From: Octopus sinensis
Lineage: Eukaryota
Reading direction: 5' to 3'
NCBI RefSeq assembly: GCF_006345805.1
Contig: NC_043000.1
Span: 1,550,001 to 1,614,000 of the forward strand
Length of the DNA: 64,000 nucleotides
In this document: positions 61,694-64,000 of the stretch, one piece after another
Layout of the letters: each line of letters opens with the position of its first letter
How positions within the stretch are numbered: position 1 is the first letter of the stretch
The notes under the pieces: model-generated
Told to the model about the DNA's origin: nothing
What the model saw: only the letters and a program-made list of their open reading frames with translations
The model's database searches: none
Program-made: the position numbers and the translations under genes

Positions 61694-61784
61694 AACAGCT
61701 TTTCTGTTTTCATGGTTTACCATGTCCAAAAGTGGATAAGCATCAGTGATGTCATCTAAAAGGCAGTAGTTTGTGAAGCCAAGT
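61694..61784 (-). CDS. HDHD5: HDHD5/CECR5 internal coding exon (LGFTNYCLLDDITDAYPLLDMVNHENRKAV)
   Basis: ccag acceptor and gtaagt donor; 91 nt, phase 2 to 0; matches human HDHD5 [23 protein letters not shown] (recalled). Upstream exons not found in the window. Confidence 0.9.
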
Positions 61785-61938
61785 CTGGTTAGGGTTAAGG
61801 ATAAATGTGAACGAAACAGTTACAAGATAAATATTATGTAACACAACTGTTGAGGAGTGACTGACAGAGTGGATGGGATTATTGAGGTTATTATTTCATT
61901 AGTTATGAGTCTATGAAGTTTTGTCTGTGTCTCTCTAC

Positions 61939-62385
61939 ATCATCATCATCATCATCATCGTTTTACATCCGTTTTCCATGCTAGCATGGGTTGGTTGGTT
62001 CAACCGGGGTCTGGGAAGCCAGAAGGCTGCACCAGGCTCCAGTCTGATCTGGCAGTGTTTCTACAGCTGGATGCCCTTCCTAACGCCAACCACTCTGTGA
62101 GTGTAGTGGATGCTTTTTACGTGCCACCAGCACAGGTGCCAGGGGAGGCTGGAAACGGCCATGATCAGTTGGTGCTCTTTACGTGCCACCAGCACGGAAG
62201 CCGGTCAAGGCAGCGCTGGCATCGACCATGTATGGATGGTGCTTTTTACGTGCCACGAGCACAGGTCCCGGGGGAGGCTGGCAACGGCCATGATTGGTAG
62301 GTGCTTTTTACATGCCGCCGGCACAGAAGCCAGTCAAAGCGGCGCTGGCATCAGCCACGTACGGATGGTGCTTTTTTTAGGTGCC
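61939..62385 (-). mobile_element. Retroposon family D
   Basis: Several ~60-bp subrepeats. Confidence 0.85.
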
Positions 62386-64000
62386 AGGGTAAGCATTGAC
62401 CTTAGTTTACCTATCATGCAAAGTTAATCATGAAAGACTTGTACCCTAAGAAGTAGATTTAAATCTTATCCATTTAATACAAAAACAAAGACTGGATTAA
62501 TCACCACCCAACTATTTAATTCATGAACAAGTTTAACTGATTTTCATGACTGCCCTAGGTCAGTTGGCATTAGAACAAGCTGGATTTTTGTGCCCTTAGA
62601 TGTGTAATTTTATTTTTAATTTTTCACATGGAGAAGAAAAAAAACTGTAAATGTGAAAATAAAGTGTTTATTATCATACACAAGCTAAAGAGAATGGCTC
62701 AAACACAGTAACAGTTTCAAATCCCATTAATATAAGAGAGGGAGGAGAGAAGAAGGAAAGAGACACTATGTCTACGTTATAAACAATGATTTCAAATCAT
62801 TTTTCTTACAAACAATGAGTGAAAGATGGCTGACAGTAATTCTAAGTTGTCAATGACAACCGTAGGGATGATTATATCCTGTGAATAAATCTATTGATTT
62901 ATTCTCTTCTCTTTCATAATGCTTGATGAACAAAATATCAAACACATTTCATACTGATGAGTCTCTTGCAAAACAATATAGCTCTTGTACCCTTAATAAT
63001 TAAGAATACACGAGTATTGTGGTTAAATGTCTTAACCACAGTGCACTAAACTATATAGCATGGTGGTACCTGTTACAACTAAGTTACTGGAATGCCAATG
63101 GTGAAGTATTCTGAACACCTTACTTCCCTGGGCATGGATACATTGAAACTCCAACATCTGGCAGCTGACTTGGCAGACCCCATAAAATTATCAACCATTG
63201 TACAAACAATAACTCTGAGCAGCTTTTCAAACTCCACCTGTCTAACACCCATGGACTTGTTTACAAAGTCAGAAAACAGCACAGACCCATGACTTTCGGA
63301 AACATTTTTTCACGCTAAGAGTTGCTGAAGCATGGAACAAACTGCCAGCATCAGTTGTTAGTTGTCGGAGCACTGCATCCTTCAAAACTTCCATACTTCC
63401 TGAGATTCGCCAACACTACACCTGATTTTCTCCCCTCCATACACATGCAAGCATGTATCTGACTCATACACTGTTCACTTTCCAGACATTTGTACATTAC
63501 TGCATATGCTTTATATGCACTTTTGACAAGCTGTAGTGCACCTGAGCACTGTATACAATAATTTCATTATTATATATACATATATATATAATGGTATCTA
63601 CACAGTGAATTATTCTTTACTAAGGCATCTCCTTACATCTTGCCAGTATCATAGGCATAGTAGAGTGAGCTATACAAGGCAGTGGCACCTAGGCACAATT
63701 AGCACTTTCATATTGTTGATAGTTACATTTTTTAACCATTGATACAGTACAGTAAACTATACCACACTTGTGGTATCTACTAACAGCTAGATACACTGGG
63801 GAATCAACAGATAAGTGTCTTGACTATGGACACTGTACAGTGAGCTGTACTCTACTAAGATATCTACACACAGCAAGGTAAACACTATTGTTAATAGTTA
63901 AGTAACTTGGTCGTTGACACAGTAAAGTGAACTATACCACACTGCTGTATCTACTTACTGATAGGTAGCCTTTACTGTTAACAGTAAGACTTGGTGTTCT

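Noticed and set aside
62950-62990. CTGATGAG..C AAAAC hammerhead-like word
   Set aside because: G12 missing and no helix I or III.
63079-63300. Opposing 66-67 aa ORFs
   Set aside because: No splice context or recognisable domain; likely an old LINE fragment.
63630-63700. Possible further HDHD5 exon (VPLPCIAHSTMPMILAR)
   Set aside because: No convincing match to the expected SHSP..LVSGQG segment; upstream exons probably lie beyond the window.

Overview
Eukaryotic, repeat-dense, AT-rich genomic DNA. The SINE, microsatellite and MITE content looks like octopus (coleoid cephalopod); this species call is by recognition only. There is one 100-N assembly gap at 21108-21207. Genes, all on the minus strand: (1) the last six coding exons of HDHD5/CECR5 (HAD IIA hydrolase), 61784-51005, with GT-AG splice sites and compatible phases; (2) a probable first exon at about 48920-48852 with two RFX X-boxes nearby; (3) an exon at 2426-1934 encoding a signal-less single-pass membrane protein N-terminus, whose gene continues off the left edge. 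A CpG-rich NRF1/YY1 promoter-like patch lies at about 31.2-31.55 kb. The rest is mobile DNA: at least six SINE/retroposon families (my labels A-F), LINE fossils (CR1/L2-group, RTE, Penelope-like), non-autonomous Helitrons, a Helentron/DINE-like element carrying a 131-bp satellite, Merlin-, hAT- and piggyBac-like MITEs, a Tc1/mariner fossil and several long foldbacks. The main hunt result is a set of eight hammerhead-ribozyme-like motifs in short elements that end at TA-type microsatellites. Four have the canonical CUGANGA/GAAA core and four share a variant 8-nt core; one variant is attached to a Penelope GIY-YIG remnant. Also notable: a U6-LINE-tail chimera, the apparent LINE partner of SINE family A, and a hairpin-bounded templated insertion in an RTE fossil. 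All alignments and structures were made by eye and none was computed.
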